A DNA stretch of 64,000 nt from Octopus sinensis (Eukaryota): assembly GCF_006345805.1 (NCBI RefSeq), contig NC_042997.1, forward strand, positions 146,630,001 through 146,694,000. Direction: 5' to 3'. The position numbers were made by a program, and so were the translations under genes. The notes below the pieces were generated by a model. The model was given only the letters and a program-made list of their open reading frames with translations, was not told where the DNA came from and ran no database searches. Shown here piece after piece: positions 13,552 through 27,129 of this stretch. Within the stretch, counting starts at the first letter, position 1, and the number at the start of each line of letters is the position of its first letter.

Positions 13552-14040
13552 TCCCCTATATTTCTGCACCCCCCACCACCATTATAGGTGTCTACTCTTT
13601 GAACCCCCTCTTCAATACGCTATTCACCATGCATTACCCCTCTCTCGATATCCTACGTTCTACTTGCCTAGAACCTGTCCTCTGAACCACCCCTCCCACT
13701 GGTGCTCCTCTATATTTCTGCACCCCCCCACCACCATTATAGGTGTCTACTCTTTGAACCCCCTCTTCAATACGCTATTTCACCATGCATTACCCCTCTC
13801 TCGATATCCTACGTTCTACTTGCCTAGAACCTGTCCCCTGAACCACCCCTCCCACTGGTGCTCCCCTATATTTCTGCACCCCCCACCACCATTATAGGTG
13901 TCTACTCTTTGAACCCCCTCTTCAATACGCTATTTCACCATGCATTACCCCTCTCTCGATATCCTACGTTCTACTTGACTAGTACCTGTCCTCTGAACCA
14001 CCCCTCCCACTGGTGCTCCCCTATATTTCTGCACCCCCCC
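13552..14040. repeat. ~155-bp tandem repeat, 3 units plus a partial
   Basis: tttctgcacc at 13561, 13715, 13871 and 14026. Confidence 0.95.
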
Positions 14041-14049
14041 CCCCCCCCA

Positions 14050-14293
14050 TAAAAAGCACCATCCGAACGTGGCCGATGCCAGACCCCTCTGGCACCTGTG
14101 CAGGTGGCACGTAAAAAACACCCACTACACTCGCGGAGTGGTTGGCGTTAGGAAGGGCATCCAGCTGTAGAAACACTGCCAGACTAGACTGGAGCCTGGG
14201 GCAGTCCCGAGCTCCCCAGACCCCGGTCGGAACCGTCCAACCCGTGCTAGCGCGGAAAACGGACGTTAACGATGATGATGATGATGATGATGA
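14050..14293 (+). mobile_element. Retroposon 3' end with (GAT)n tail
   Basis: gttggcgttaggaagggcatccagctgtagaaac motif, which I associate with RTE-related elements; ends in (gat)n. Confidence 0.6.
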
Positions 14294-14303
14294 TATGTAT
14301 GTT

Positions 14304-14379
<76 letters not shown>

Positions 14380-14388
14380 GTATATATC

Positions 14389-15272
14389 GTCTAGCTTTGT
14401 TTTGGAAACTTCCTTTATTAAGTTAAACACCTTTATTCTCTTTGATATTTCAGCATCAATTTTTCAGCACATAATCACTGTGTTCCCGAAATAGTCGTAC
14501 CTTCTCGATTTCATTGCTTTCCACCTCTATTCGCCTTTGAGCTACGTTATCCAACAGCATATATTTTTGTTTGTATGTGGCTCATTTTATGATCTACAGC
14601 TAAGCTTTGAGTGTCCAGTTTTATCAGCATAATCTGCAGCTTGTATGTGGTCTCAACGGTAAGTACAACATTATCTGAAAATTGAGGTGGAGTGTTTGTT
14701 GCTCAACACTGATGGTCACGCCACCTGTGCAATCAATGTCTTGTATGACTATTTCTAGACATTTGGTAAAGAGCTTCAGAGAGATTGTATCTCCTTGCTT
14801 GACACCCTTCTCAATTGCGACCTTTAATAGGGGTGATAGCAGAGCTATATCTGTTGTGTATCCAGAGTTGTCATCTCTGAGCATTTTGATGCATTACGCC
14901 TCGCATTTTGCGTTTCCAGAGATTTAAAAAACTGCATTCATCTTGACGCTATCAAAGGACTTTTCGTAATTAACAAATGCACTGAAGAAGCGAAAGCTGT
15001 ATTCGTTCGGTCACTGTATGAGCTGTGTTACAGTGAATATGTGATCTATCGTACTATAGTTCTAACAGAAACCTATTTGCTCTTTCGGCTGTTGGTCGTC
15101 GACGTGTTTTGATAATATGATGACCATGACTTTTGTAAACAGCTTATAGAGGCGAGACAAGAAGTATATGGGGCGTTACTTTTTATAGATAATTTTTATT
15201 ACCCTTCTTAAGAAGCAGGATAGTATGACACTTTCTACAGTGAATGTAGCTAGATAATACCTCTTTCAGATA
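14389..15272 (-). mobile_element. RTE-clade LINE, inverted RT segment
   Basis: Degraded RT motifs KKGNK, STIDHIFT, EKSFDSV, KGVKQGDTISLKLFT on the minus strand. Confidence 0.85.
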
Positions 15273-15750
15273 GCTAGACAGTACCTAGCGCGCCAGATTC
15301 ATCAATAGCACTGTCCTACCTGCGATCTTATATGTAAGTAAGACGTGGGCTACTACGGAGAGAACAGAACATCGATTTACTACGACACAAAGGACAATGA
15401 TGGAAAAATCCATGCTAGGAATATCCTCATCAGAGCATATTCGAAATGAAATCATTCGAGAACCGAGCAGTGTGAACGATGTGATCACAAAGTACCAAAA
15501 GCAAAAGTGCTGCTGGGCGGGACAGTTCGCAAGGTTTACCTACAACTAGTGGACTCGTGCAGTTGCCGTGTGATATTCAAGAGATCGAGGAATGCCGATC
15601 GTAAGGCTTTCATAACGATAGAAGATCTAGTTAAGTTCTACTTAAGCAGTTTGGGTCAAGATGGTAAAGAATGGCGCAATCAAAACAGAACTAGAAGCGC
15701 ATTGTGACCAGCGGGGTATGACGGCACCCGATTGTCTGATCGATACTGTG
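15272..15750 (+). mobile_element. RTE-clade LINE, non-inverted 3' segment
   Basis: STVLPAILY..TW..TQRTM..SMLGIS..HIRNEIIR...WAGQFAR, the typical RTE ORF C-terminus, on the + strand. Confidence 0.85.
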
Positions 15751-15940
15751 ATATGTGTATATGTGTATTATGTATGCATTATAAAATATGATGAACTAGA
15801 AGCAAACGGTCATCGGAAAATAGAAAAATAGTTATAAAGTGATTTTTTCTATCCAAAAAGGTTTTTTCATCCAATATTTACACGCCATCATTTCTAGCTT
15901 TATCTACTTTGTGTTCAATCGTTAGAAACGAATCATTTAA

Positions 15941-16018
<78 letters not shown>

Positions 16019-16041
16019 GAGTATATATATATATATTATAT

Positions 16042-16098
<57 letters not shown>

Positions 16099-16136
16099 CA
16101 CGAGTATATATATATATATATATTATATATATATAT

Positions 16137-16287
16137 ATGTCTTCCTTTTCTATTGGACTTTCTTCTGTTTCTGAAGAAGAGCTTTACTCGAAACATAAAA
16201 ACCACCTTTCTTTCCTTCCCAGAGCGTCTGCTAATACTTTGCATGTACCACATCCTCGTGTTGTTGTTTTCTTTTGTGTTTGGTCTT

Positions 16288-16290
<3 letters not shown>
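16137..16290 (+). mobile_element. Hammerhead-bearing repeat, copy 3 (5'-truncated)
   Basis: Homologous flanks (ctttctttccttccc.gagcgtc...cctcgtgttgttgttttc). Confidence 0.7.
16167..16202 (+). ncRNA. Minimal type-I hammerhead ribozyme motif (degenerate)
   Basis: gttt-CTGAAGA-A-GAG-cttta-CTC-GAAA-CATA-aaaac; CGTA has decayed to CATA. Confidence 0.65.
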
Positions 16291-16324
<34 letters not shown>

Positions 16325-16363
16325 TATATATATGCATGCGTAGATGGATGGGTGGATGCATAC

Positions 16364-16416
16364 ATGTATCTGATGATTCACGCCGCTCGACACAATTCTT
16401 CACCATATGACGTATA
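16364..16416 (-). CDS. Candidate 53-nt coding exon (xIRHMVKNCVERRESSDTx)
   Basis: Very strong acceptor tttttttgttttgtttcag; donor gtatgc; only the phase 2-to-1 frame is open. Confidence 0.45.
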
Positions 16417-17331
16417 CTGAAACAAAACAAAAAAAGAGTCAGGGTACACATTATAGACATTGCTGAAATAACTTCGATCATAGGCCAGCTTGATCAGAAC
16501 TTATTGAGGCCAAATAGCAATAACAACAGCAGCACCAGAGCATAGCTCGATTTCAGATATTTCTAGTTATAATTCCTTTTCCTTTTGTTTTTCTTTTCTA
16601 TTCTTCCACTATTTTCTAGGTTATATTTTAGTGCTTAATCGTATGTTTGTGTAACATATTATATTTATGTGCAACACCTGCAGCTGAAATGCAGAATTTT
16701 CAATTCTAAATTGAAAAGATATCCGTGTATATGTATATGTATATATGCATGTATGTGCGTGTGTGTGTGTGTGTGTGTGATGTAACATAGTCGTTAGTAT
16801 ACGTAGGTATTCTTTGAATTAACAGGAAACAGCTGCTTAGTACTCAATAATGAGTTATACTGCTGATACGTACGGCTATGTATCAACACAGGAAGAATTA
16901 CGGGATAAAAGAATGAATAAAACGAACAGGGTCAAGATTACTAAATATTATTGTTTGTGCTAGAGGACTGTTTAATTCAACAATAAATGTAACTCTGTCT
17001 ACTTCTATTTTCAATCGCTGACAGTTATTTCACTGACAGAGACTAAATAAACCTCCGAGAATTTTCGACTTCTTCCGTGAATATTCGGTTTTTTTTTGGG
17101 TTTTTTTTTGTTTTTTTGTTACAGCGACTGTTCTAGAAGATGTTTGTGCCTGTAGAAAATATTGATAATTTAATATATACTTGTATCTATCAGTGTGTAC
17201 ACAACAATGTGTCTATTTTTTGGATGTGAAGATATATGGTCAACTTTGATCTACATACATACATACATATAGACAGCCAGCAGACAGACAGACAGACAGA
17301 TGAATTGCGCGATGGATAAATGGATGGATGG

Positions 17332-17372
<41 letters not shown>

Positions 17373-17447
17373 CATACATACATACATACATACATACATA
17401 CATACATACATACATACATGCATCATACATATATATACCTATCCTTT

Positions 17448-17660
17448 TCTCTTCTGCTCTAGGCACAAGGCCCGAAATTTTGAGGAAAGGGGCCAGTCTA
17501 TTAGATGACCTCAGTACACAACTGGTACTTAATTTATCGGCCCCGAATGCATGTAAGACAAAGTCGATCTCGGCGGTATTTGAAATCCGAACGTAGCGGC
17601 AGACGAAATACCGCTAAGCATTTCGCCCTGCGTGCTAAAGTTTTTGCCACTTCGCAGCCT
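17448..17660 (-). mobile_element. SINE family A monomer
   Basis: Head, core and tail motifs present. Confidence 0.85.
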
Positions 17661-18187
17661 TACATTCATATCGTTTACTGTTCGGCAAATACACCACACA
17701 ATACATATAAGAATTATTAGTATCGTAAATGCAGTAATTTGCAAGGAGCTACGTAGGTTTTATGCCAAGAGAAAGTTAGATGTCGACATATTCCAGTAAT
17801 CTTCAGGTTTACCCACAAGACGCTTTTTCTTTTCTTTTTTCTTGAAAAACTTTATTTGAGAGTGAATGTTTGTTTTGCCTGAAAGGGATGATAATATGCC
17901 CTTATAATATTTTTTCTTCTATTTGATGAACACAATTTTTTCGATTTCAAAATGAACCAATTGTTGACGACGCAAGAGTCGTGGAGCGCATTTTAAAATA
18001 CTGAGTTACTACCACTTCTAGGTGAAACAAACATTCATTTTCTTAATACCAGAAACCATTTTGTGGACAAACCTAATAATTACCGGAATAAGATAACTAC
18101 AGTTTATTCACAGCTGAGCCACGTATCTTTCTCCCGATATGAAAATTAGGTGTTTGTTGGCAACAAGATAGAGTGTATATAAGTATA

Positions 18188-19061
18188 CGAGTGGGTACCC
18201 TAAGGTAACTGGAAACGTTCTCTGTGGGACAATCCCGATGTAGTTCAGACTTCCGCCTCAAGAAGCCACTTGATGCGACCCTCAGGCATCAGTCTGCCAA
18301 CCGGCGTCGTTGTGTGAAGTCGTACTGCCACATAGTACGTCTTTATCTTGCAGTGCTTCTCCCCTCTTCGTCAATTTTTGCGATGGCTGAAACGAAGGAA
18401 CGGCATGCTTCCGTAAAATTATGTTTTCTGCTGGGAAAACGGCGGCCGAAACAGTTGTCATGTTTCAGGCAGCTCATAAAGCCGCTGCCATGAGCAAAAC
18501 TCAAGTTTACAAGTGGTTTCCACGCTTTAGGAATGGTCACTTGTCGCTTGAAGTCCAACCTCGTTCAGAGTGACTGTCGACACCCCCGAACGAATGAAAA
18601 CATCATGAAAATCACCGAACGATTGGCGAACTCTTTATATGACTGGTGTGTTTTGGAGCTCCTCCCAACGAAGTTTGAGCGATGAATTGCGAAGGAAAAG
18701 AGTTGCAGCAAAATCTGTGCCTCGCCTGCTCACGGAGGATCAAAAGCAGTCACGACTGAATATATGCCGTGGACTGAAAGAACAGTTGGAAGTTGATGCA
18801 GACCTCTTTTCGAAGGTCATCACTGGTGACAAAGGCTGGTACTACGGAATTTGCAGGTGTGGAAGAGGCGAAGAAAAAAACGACGAGGCATTAAAAGCAT
18901 CACTTTGCAAGAGTTTTAGAACTGCTTTGAACAGTGGAAAACTAATCTGGACCGGTGCATTGCTTCAAATGGAAAATTCTTTGAAGGCGATAAAAGTATA
19001 AACATGAAAACTAAGTGAATAAAATGATGTTGTAAATTCCGGTTTTTGGGGGTACCCCACG
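18188..19061 (+). mobile_element. Internally deleted mariner element
   Basis: Imperfect TIRs (cgagtgggtaccc / gggtaccccacg); N-terminus MAETKERHASVKLCFLLGK; KVITGDKGWY. Confidence 0.85.
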
Positions 19062-19379
19062 TGTATGTTCGTATGTATGCATGAATATATATATATATGT
19101 ATGCATGCATGCGTGTATATTAAACGCGACTTGTAAACAAACTAGTGAATTATTATTCCATATCTGCATTAAATCTTTTCAAATGCTCCAAACAAAATAA
19201 TGTTTGGGAAATTTCTATTGTTATTTGTGAGTCTAGGAAACATTTCGAAATGCCTACAAGATTCACATTGAGAAAGTTAATTCAGTGTCACCCAAATTGT
19301 ATGTATTCTTATTTTTCATATCACTCGGTTACGTGTCTTTGCACTAAGCCGCCAAATTGCTTTCCCTTTTCTAACTCAC

Positions 19380-19396
19380 CTTCCGGCCTTACATGC
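19380..19396 (-). CDS. Candidate 17-nt microexon (ACKAGx)
   Basis: tgtgtag acceptor and perfect AAG/gtgagt donor; phase 0-to-2 links the neighbouring candidate exons. Confidence 0.35.
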
Positions 19397-20524
19397 CTAC
19401 ACATGTAAACACTAAATAAATAATTTTCACAAGCATTTTTCCAATTAATACTTTGAGTGAATGTAAATGACATTTAATACATCTACTTCCAGTTACTAGT
19501 CATAATCTGCTGTCACCATATCTATTCTACAAAGCCAAGATCAGCAGGGTATTGGACTTTCAACCGATTTTCGATAAATATCGAAAACTATTCACAAGCT
19601 GAATTTATGAATTTGTATCTGAAATCTAGACTGAAAATAACGAAAAGAATGCTGCTACTCGAAGCTCTATGGCAAGTTTCTTCTCTTTTTTTTTGCGCCA
19701 TTATTACGGTGTGTTGCTGTTGTTAACGATACTTCATGCTGTTTTATCTCAGACCACATCTGTATAGCCAAGCAAGTAGTGATACTCTTCATTCTAATTT
19801 TCTTTAGAGAGTAATGTTATTTTACATTAGTTTTTTTGTTTTTTAAATATAAGTAATGGAGAAGTAAACAAGAAGTTTTATTGCTGTTAAGCTATTGCAT
19901 ACATGTACATTCTTTGACAGATTGGAAAACATCTGGGTTCTTTTTTTTTCTTTTTATTCATTGAAAACATAATAGTACTGATGTTTCGTAGGCACCTGTA
20001 GTTACTATATTGCGTTTTAAAAAGGTATTATTCGTAAATCAGTCATGTCTGTTAGTTCGACCTCCAAAATATTTCTGGTGTTACCTGAAGCCAAAAAGCA
20101 GAGTCTAATTAATGAGATGTCACAAGTTATTCAAGCTGCAGCAACCGACACACACCACTGGTCTGCACACCTGTGCTTAGGATCAGATGTGGTTTTGCTG
20201 GGTGATTACATTCAAATGAGCCTCGATTCTGACCTGCATTCTTGGTGACCAATCACCTTGATTAATGAGATTTAGTTGTTCTACTTCTTTCTCAGCTATT
20301 TACTGACGATAAGAGCCCTAATCTTCTAAAGATACTGACCTGTTTACATCAGTATCGTCAAAGTTACATCTTGTTCTGATCTATTTAAATGAAGCGGTTT
20401 CAAACAATATACCAAGACGTAATTGTACTAAATCATATAACAGTTATTTTTGTTATGAAATCCGCCAAAAATAGAATCGATAAAATTATATGTATTAAAA
20501 CATAATACAATACGAGCAAGCATT

Positions 20525-20737
20525 AGGTAGCGAGCTGACAGAACCGTTACCACGCCGGGCAAAAGGCTTAGCGGTGTTTCGTCCGTCTTTATGTTCTGAG
20601 TTCAAATTTTGCTGAGGTTGACTTTGCCTTTTATCCTTTCGGGGTTGACAAAATAAGTACCAGTTGAGCAGTGAGGTCACTGTAATTGACTTAACCCTCG
20701 CCCGAAATTGCTTGCCTTGTGCCAAAATTTAAAACCA
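20525..20737 (+). mobile_element. SINE family A monomer
   Basis: Head gcgagctgacagaaccg, core and tail present. Confidence 0.85.
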
Positions 20738-21009
20738 ATATTAAGAGCAAGGTACAGATGGTTGTGGAATATTCAACCACTTACACGCTGATTCAATAAA
20801 TAAGTAGTTCGGTTGTTCGAATCACTGGATACTCGTAGTCGGAAACCGACGGAGATTCATACACTTTATGTATGTGGTGGTGAATCTCCGTCGTTCCACG
20901 ATGAAGATCCCGAGTCAATGTGTAAGAGGCTGAGCATTTCACAAACACGTGGTGTACACGTAACTTTCAGGCAGAACCAACATATCAAAGCGTGACAAAG
21001 CAGTACTTT

Positions 21010-21182
21010 TGAAATTATTCGATGGGCTTCTTTACAGTTTCCATCTACCTAATTTCATTTTTAAAGTATAGGTTGACACGAGATTATAGAAAATGAGATT
21101 TACCCAAGATATCACGCAGTAGGAGCGAATTCTAGACCTTACGTTAGCGAAGCAAAATTCTCAACCATTTAGCCATACTGTG
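21010..21182 (-). mobile_element. SINE family B, 5' half, old
   Basis: cagtttccatctacc...cccaagat...gcagt pattern. Confidence 0.55.
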
Positions 21183-21506
21183 CTTACATATGTATGCATA
21201 TATACTATAAAACACGTTTTCTTACGCCTTTACATATCGGCTAAGAGATACAGATGTAGATTTTAAAAAAAAAACAATTGCATTGGTCTTGAATTGAATA
21301 TTAAATTAGCATAAGTAAGGTATATTCAATCGAGTTTAGTTAAGCATATCGTATTCAGCCACGCTCTAGGTTGATGAACAAATAGCTGTATTGGTAAGCA
21401 AACAGTTTGGGTGTAAACAAGGACTGCCAGACCAGGCAATGCGAGTATGCAATAAATGGTAGACATATCTATAATTGAGTGACTGAAATGAAGTTCCTGT
21501 ACATAC

Positions 21507-21555
21507 TGCTAACGTAGTAAAGTCAATATGAGTCAAAAACACTGCCACAAATAAA
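21507..21555 (-). CDS. Candidate hydrophobic coding exon (xLFVAVFLTHIDFTTLA)
   Basis: Donor GCA/gtatgt; only one frame open; acceptor ambiguous (21555, 21583 or 21541). Confidence 0.35.
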
Positions 21556-22299
21556 CTTGAGAAAGAAAGGAATAATGCAGGACCTAGAATCGTTATTGTG
21601 TTGCTTACACAATCAAAGCAATGCTTGTCTTAAGACAGCCTGGATAATGTGAGCTCGTGTAACTGTGTATGTATGTTTGAGAGAACAGATTTTATATCAT
21701 TAACACCTTGCTCAGCAAAACATCTGTTACTTATTATCTGCTTCTTATAATGTGTAATTAACATTTGCATATTTAACATGCTTTTTATCGTTTTTCTCTG
21801 CAAAATGTCTATAGCTGGAATATTGTAATTATTTTCTCTGCTTTTATCGATTAAATTTTGTTTGTTTTCGTTAAAGATGTTGTTTGCAAACTATTTCAAA
21901 CTGTTCTGAAGATAAATACAATATTTCTTCGCACATGTCTTACTGAAATCATAAGAATTAGAATCGCAGCCTTTAAAGTCTCAGATGAGTTTTAAGGTCA
22001 ACTAATAAGTAGAAAAGAGTAAAATACTGATTAATGATGTGAAATAATGATAAGGAAGGTTAACTAATGATTAATAAGCGAGATAATGGAAGAGGGGGAG
22101 AGATGCTACAGCGTTAAATAAGTTGTTTTATAGTACCCAGGTCAGCTCCTTTATAATTCATGTTCAAATCTCACCAGTGTTAATAATGTCTTTCCTCATA
22201 CTAGGTTGATAAATGGACTATATAGTATATATCAAACGTGATACTTTGCGCCTATAGGACATATTAGTTATTTGCTTTAAAAGTTTGATACAGAGCCAG

Positions 22300-22508
22300 C
22301 AAATCAGGAGAGGTGGGGTAGGTCGATTACATCGAGCCCCATTGTTGAAATGGAAACTTATTTTATTGACCCCGAAAAGATGAAATGCAAACTCGACCCT
22401 GGCAGCATTCGAACTCAAAACGTAAAGTCAGAAGAAATGCCGCTAAGCATTTCTCCTCACCCCCACCCCACCCCCATCTGCGGTAACGATTCTGCCAGCT
22501 CACTGCCT
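22300..22508 (-). mobile_element. SINE family A monomer
   Basis: Core and head motifs present. Confidence 0.8.
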
Positions 22509-24689
22509 TTGACATAGTGATAATTTGAAAGAGTGCTTTGGTCGCTGAATTTACCGGCTATCAAGCAGTCGGCCGAGAGGCTTACAAGAACTGTTCTATA
22601 ACTAGAATTGCAATATATCTCTTGTCGAGACTTTTGATTCTCAACGACCCATATACAGATATCTAATTAAAAATATAATTAGTTGAACTACCATAACATT
22701 GAGGACTGATTTTATACAAGATAATTTCCACCCTCTAGGAAAACTATTGGCGACAGACTAGCGATCTACCCAAAGATTGTTTCGCTCGTCTCTCAAATAC
22801 CGAATTCCTCATAAACAGGAGAGAATCTGCAACACCGAGATTTGATGATGTATTTATTTAATTTCTTTGTGCAAAAATTTGTTACATCATTATGTTTCCG
22901 TTAGATTAAATTTCTACATATAACAATCCGGATTAGAGTAAAGATAATAACTTTTAAATCATATTTTCTTGTTCCATTTTAGCTACTGAGCTTAACTTTG
23001 CTATCTTAAACTGAGATAATTACACAAAATTATGTCAAATCCTAAATATGCGGAGAAACTATCAAACTATCAGATCTTATTTGTGTTATGTGGCTGGTTG
23101 AGCGTTTATCTCACATAGTCGGTTGTATTAGCAAGATTCTTCGGGTTGGTGACTGTGCGAGATATACGCTCTGCCAGCCAGTATGTCTGTGGATTTTCTG
23201 TGGATAGGGACATGATATTCTGAGCAACAGAATGTTGAAAGCTAGAACTATGACCCATTTTATTAAATATTACTTTATCTTAAGCATTGTGTTCTTTTTT
23301 ACTTTGTTCGTACAATTATTGTGCACGTAATAAATCTTGAAAACATTACTACATAAGTATTGCTTCTAATTGTCGATCAGAATGAGTGAAGGCAAACTAA
23401 TTTGAATATGGAAATACATACGTTTCCATTTTCGATGAATACTCATACATCATCAAAATTAAACTATACATGAAGCTGAGAATAAGTAAACTGGATGGCA
23501 TCATAATAATGAGTTACTACGAAGTTAATTTTAGTGAGAACAACCATGTGACCGCACTGAAAGATAGATTCGGAATAAAAAGAAAACGCTCACGGATTAA
23601 AGAGAACTTTGAAGTCGAAATCCTCAAGATTTCTAGCACTGTGGGATTTTAAAATGCAGTTATAGTTTCCAAAGGAAAACTGAAAATTTAAATTATGTCT
23701 ATTAAGTACTATAACAAAATCTACACATTTTTAGAAGAGACTGCAAAATTGCAAGCTCTTTCTGAACAGTGTCGTCTAAAACCTACCCAAACAGCTATAA
23801 CGTTAACTATAAAACAAATATAGTCATGGGACCTAAGTCAGATACGAGCGCGCAATATTTAGCCAAGCTAAAAACCTATATAATTATAATCGTTATATGA
23901 GAAGTTCACAACAAAAATCAAGTACAGGTTAGAACGTTTGCTAATAATGAGACAGTTAGCAAACACATGAGAGACAATCTTAATGATAAACTTAGAGATA
24001 CTACCAGCTGTAATTGTATTAGGGTAGTGGTATCTGCATTTTTCACTTGGTTCGATACAATCAAACGTTAAGCATCAATTTCGAAAATTCTTCCCTCCCG
24101 AGTCTTGAAATTTGGATTAACACACGGTAATTATAAAGGTGATGTCAGTATAATCATACACGTCAATAGTCGCTGCTCTTTGACAGAAGTGAGACATTAA
24201 AAAATCTACTTGATGTTTCAATGGGATAATTTAAATTTTTCAAATTGAATTTAAATATTGATTTAACACATTTCACATATTCCCGTACAAATATTATGCT
24301 CTGGCTATTTCAAGCAACATAAACGAATGAAAACTTAGACAAAATAAGGAAAAAACAAATTGATAATTTTAAAGAGTGAGGACTCAATATTCTGACTACA
24401 GCTGTAACAACAGTTAACTTCATAGACGTTAAATCTTAGGTCTCAACACATGTAAACACAGGCAATACAGAAAATAACTAAAAGTACATTTACATTGACA
24501 ACAATTACTCATCAGTAATATTAGTATCTAGAACAATATATTTTCAAATAAAATAACATTTGATATAACCATTAAGTATTATAGCAAAGCATGCCAAAAA
24601 GAAAATTAAATTTAACTCAAAGCCTGAACATAATGAACATAATTATAAACCTTCAGCTAATGAAACAAAACCCAGAAAAACCTAGCAGT

Positions 24690-24810
24690 AATGTAATCTG
24701 ATTGAACTTGCTGTACATCCTTGATGTAAAGTTCAATGCTGCGACGAATTTCTTAAACTTGATTCAGAAGCATTTTCCTTCAAGACATCAATATTCCAAA
24801 TTATTTACCC
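24690..24810 (+). mobile_element. Penelope-like element fragment
   Basis: I*LNLLYILDVKFNAATNFLNLIQKHFPSRHQYSKLFTRQN resembles the PLE linker motif WFNPP...FLxLIxKHFP...KIF. Confidence 0.65.
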
Positions 24811-25722
24811 GGCAAAACACATAGTGAAAGATAAAAGGGGCTTCATTGCATTCGTAGGTGCCCTAACCACTAAGTAAGCTCAAGAACCCAGAAATAAAAA
24901 GTTATATCCCTTTAATAATTTCTGCAAAGTGGAATCCCTAATTTTTCATGCCCTTAAGAGCCTAAATAAAATCTCAAAATCTTGGGTGCACCTCCAAAGG
25001 AGGATAAGTAAATAATAAGCCCATCTTTATACACGTAGACAAAAGAAGCACTACATCATAATCAAGCTATATATGGTGTCTGAAATGTAAAATTTAATAT
25101 CATCTTGTCTACGCTCAACTTGTGTATTTCAACTTGTGTATGCAGAAAACCACTTATTCCACTACAATCTGACCCTTGGTTGTATTTAGCAATATTCCCT
25201 CGACTGCAAGCATTCAGAGCAGGACTTAGGTTTGTCAACAACAAATGAATCGTTGTCTCCATCTTAATTTTAATCCCAGAAATCACCGAATACTTGCAAA
25301 AAAAAAAAAAAACGTCATGGGCACCAGTTTTCTTTTTCCAACTAAACCATAAAAAATAAATATGAATCGCTTTTATAGACCTACGGCAATCAATGTGAAC
25401 CTCATCAAATACACTTGTGAATTACAATATGAAACCAAAGCCGTCATTGATGTTCCAACGAGCCATTTAGTTTTATATATTTGTAGCGTTAATTCTAGTC
25501 TAACCAATTATTGGATTCAGATAAATCAGTTAATCCTGTCGGGAAAAAATCTATTGGGAGTTTCTGAGTATCATTTACACCCACCAGAAACCAAACTGTA
25601 AAATAATCCAAAGAGTGAAAGAGAATATAGAATTCTAATTGAGAATATATGTATGTATATATGTATGTATGTATATATGTATGTATATATGTATGTATGT
25701 ATGTTTGTATGTATCCATATAT

Positions 25723-25766
<44 letters not shown>

Positions 25767-25980
25767 CTATTTGCACATTAATTCGCTCTCTATATTTTTT
25801 ATATCTTTACTCTCTTCTTCATTAATTCTCATCTTATCCATCGTTCACGCTGCGATACAGGCACATATATAGTGATTTAAATATACATCTTTCACTCATA
25901 TGCATACATGCACAAATTCTCTCTCTACCTGTCCCTTACACGTTCTTATACGTTATATTATATCATATTATATTAATATT

Positions 25981-26792
25981 CTTTTCTACTCAAGGCACAA
26001 GGTCTGAAATTTTGGGGGAGGGGTCCAGTCGATTAGATCGACCCCAGTAGACTTAATTTATCGACTCCGAAAGGATGAAAGGTAAAGTCGAACTCGGTGG
26101 AATTTGAATTTAGAACGTAAAGACAGACGAAATACCTATTTGTTTACTACCCACAAGGGGCTAAAAAAAGAGAGGACAAACAGGGACAGACAAACGGATT
26201 AAGTGGATTACATCGAGTCCAGTGCGTAACTGGTACTTATTTAATCGACCCCGAAAGGGTGAAAGGCAAAGTCGATCTCGGCGGAATTTGAACTCAGAAC
26301 GCAGCGGCAGACGAAATACCGCTAAGCATTTCGCCCGGCGTGCTAACGATTCTGCCAGCTCACTGCCTTAATATTAATTTCTTTATTGCCCACAGGGGGC
26401 TAAACATAGAGGGGAAAAACAAGGACAGATAAAGGAATTAAGTCGATTGAATCGACCTTAATACATAATTGGTACTTATTTCATTGACCCTGAAAAGGAT
26501 GAAAGGCAAAGTCGACCTCGGATGAATTTGAACTCAGAACATAACGGCACACGAAATACCTATTTCTTTACTACCCACAAGGGGCTAAACATAGATGAGA
26601 CAAACAAGGACAGACAAACGGATTAAGTCGACTACATCGACCCCAGTGCGTAACCGGTACTTAATTTATCGACCCTGAAAGGATGAAAGGCAAAGTCGAC
26701 CTCGGCGGAATTTGAACTCAGAACGTAACGGCAGACGAAATACGGCTACGCATTTCGACCGGCGTGCTAACGTTTCTGCCAGCTCACTGCCT
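25981..26792 (-). mobile_element. Two tandem SINE family A dimers (four cores)
   Basis: Cores at ~26030, 26200, 26440 and 26620; atattaat(att) at the left, middle and right junctions. Confidence 0.9.
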
Positions 26793-27129
26793 TAATATTA
26801 ATATTAGCATTATTCGAGCAAAGATTTCGCAATAGGATCGACGAAAGGAGAAGAATTCAAATTTCAGGCTCATAATAAGTAAATATATCAAAATAACTTA
26901 TCTGAAATGGCCCGTACAAACATAAATCACACCTACATACTCAATGTATCCTTTTTCTGGATATGAATCCATATTTATAGCGAAAATATAAAATTATACA
27001 TAAACACTGTATAAACACATAAAATCTGCATAAAATTGTACATAAATACACCTCGCCTTCACAAACAGGTGTTAGAGCGATATGTATGCGAGCGTTATTT
27101 TTTTAAACACACTGGCATTAACCAGAATC

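Noticed and set aside
16416-19380. Insulin B-chain-like C-x11-C in ACKAGSIRHMVKNC
   Set aside because: No A-chain CC-x3-C-x8-C motif in any downstream frame and no conserved G/L positions.
22168-23230. Additional possible minus-strand exons (~22175-22200 and ~23110-23220)
   Set aside because: Splice-like signals are present, but phases do not fit uniquely; including them would over-fit the model.
24900-25290. Possible decayed LINE fragment on the minus strand
   Set aside because: No motif that I can assign with confidence.
25981-26792. CRISPR-like appearance of the regularly repeated SINE cores
   Set aside because: The spacers are also repeats, the context is eukaryotic, and there are no cas genes.
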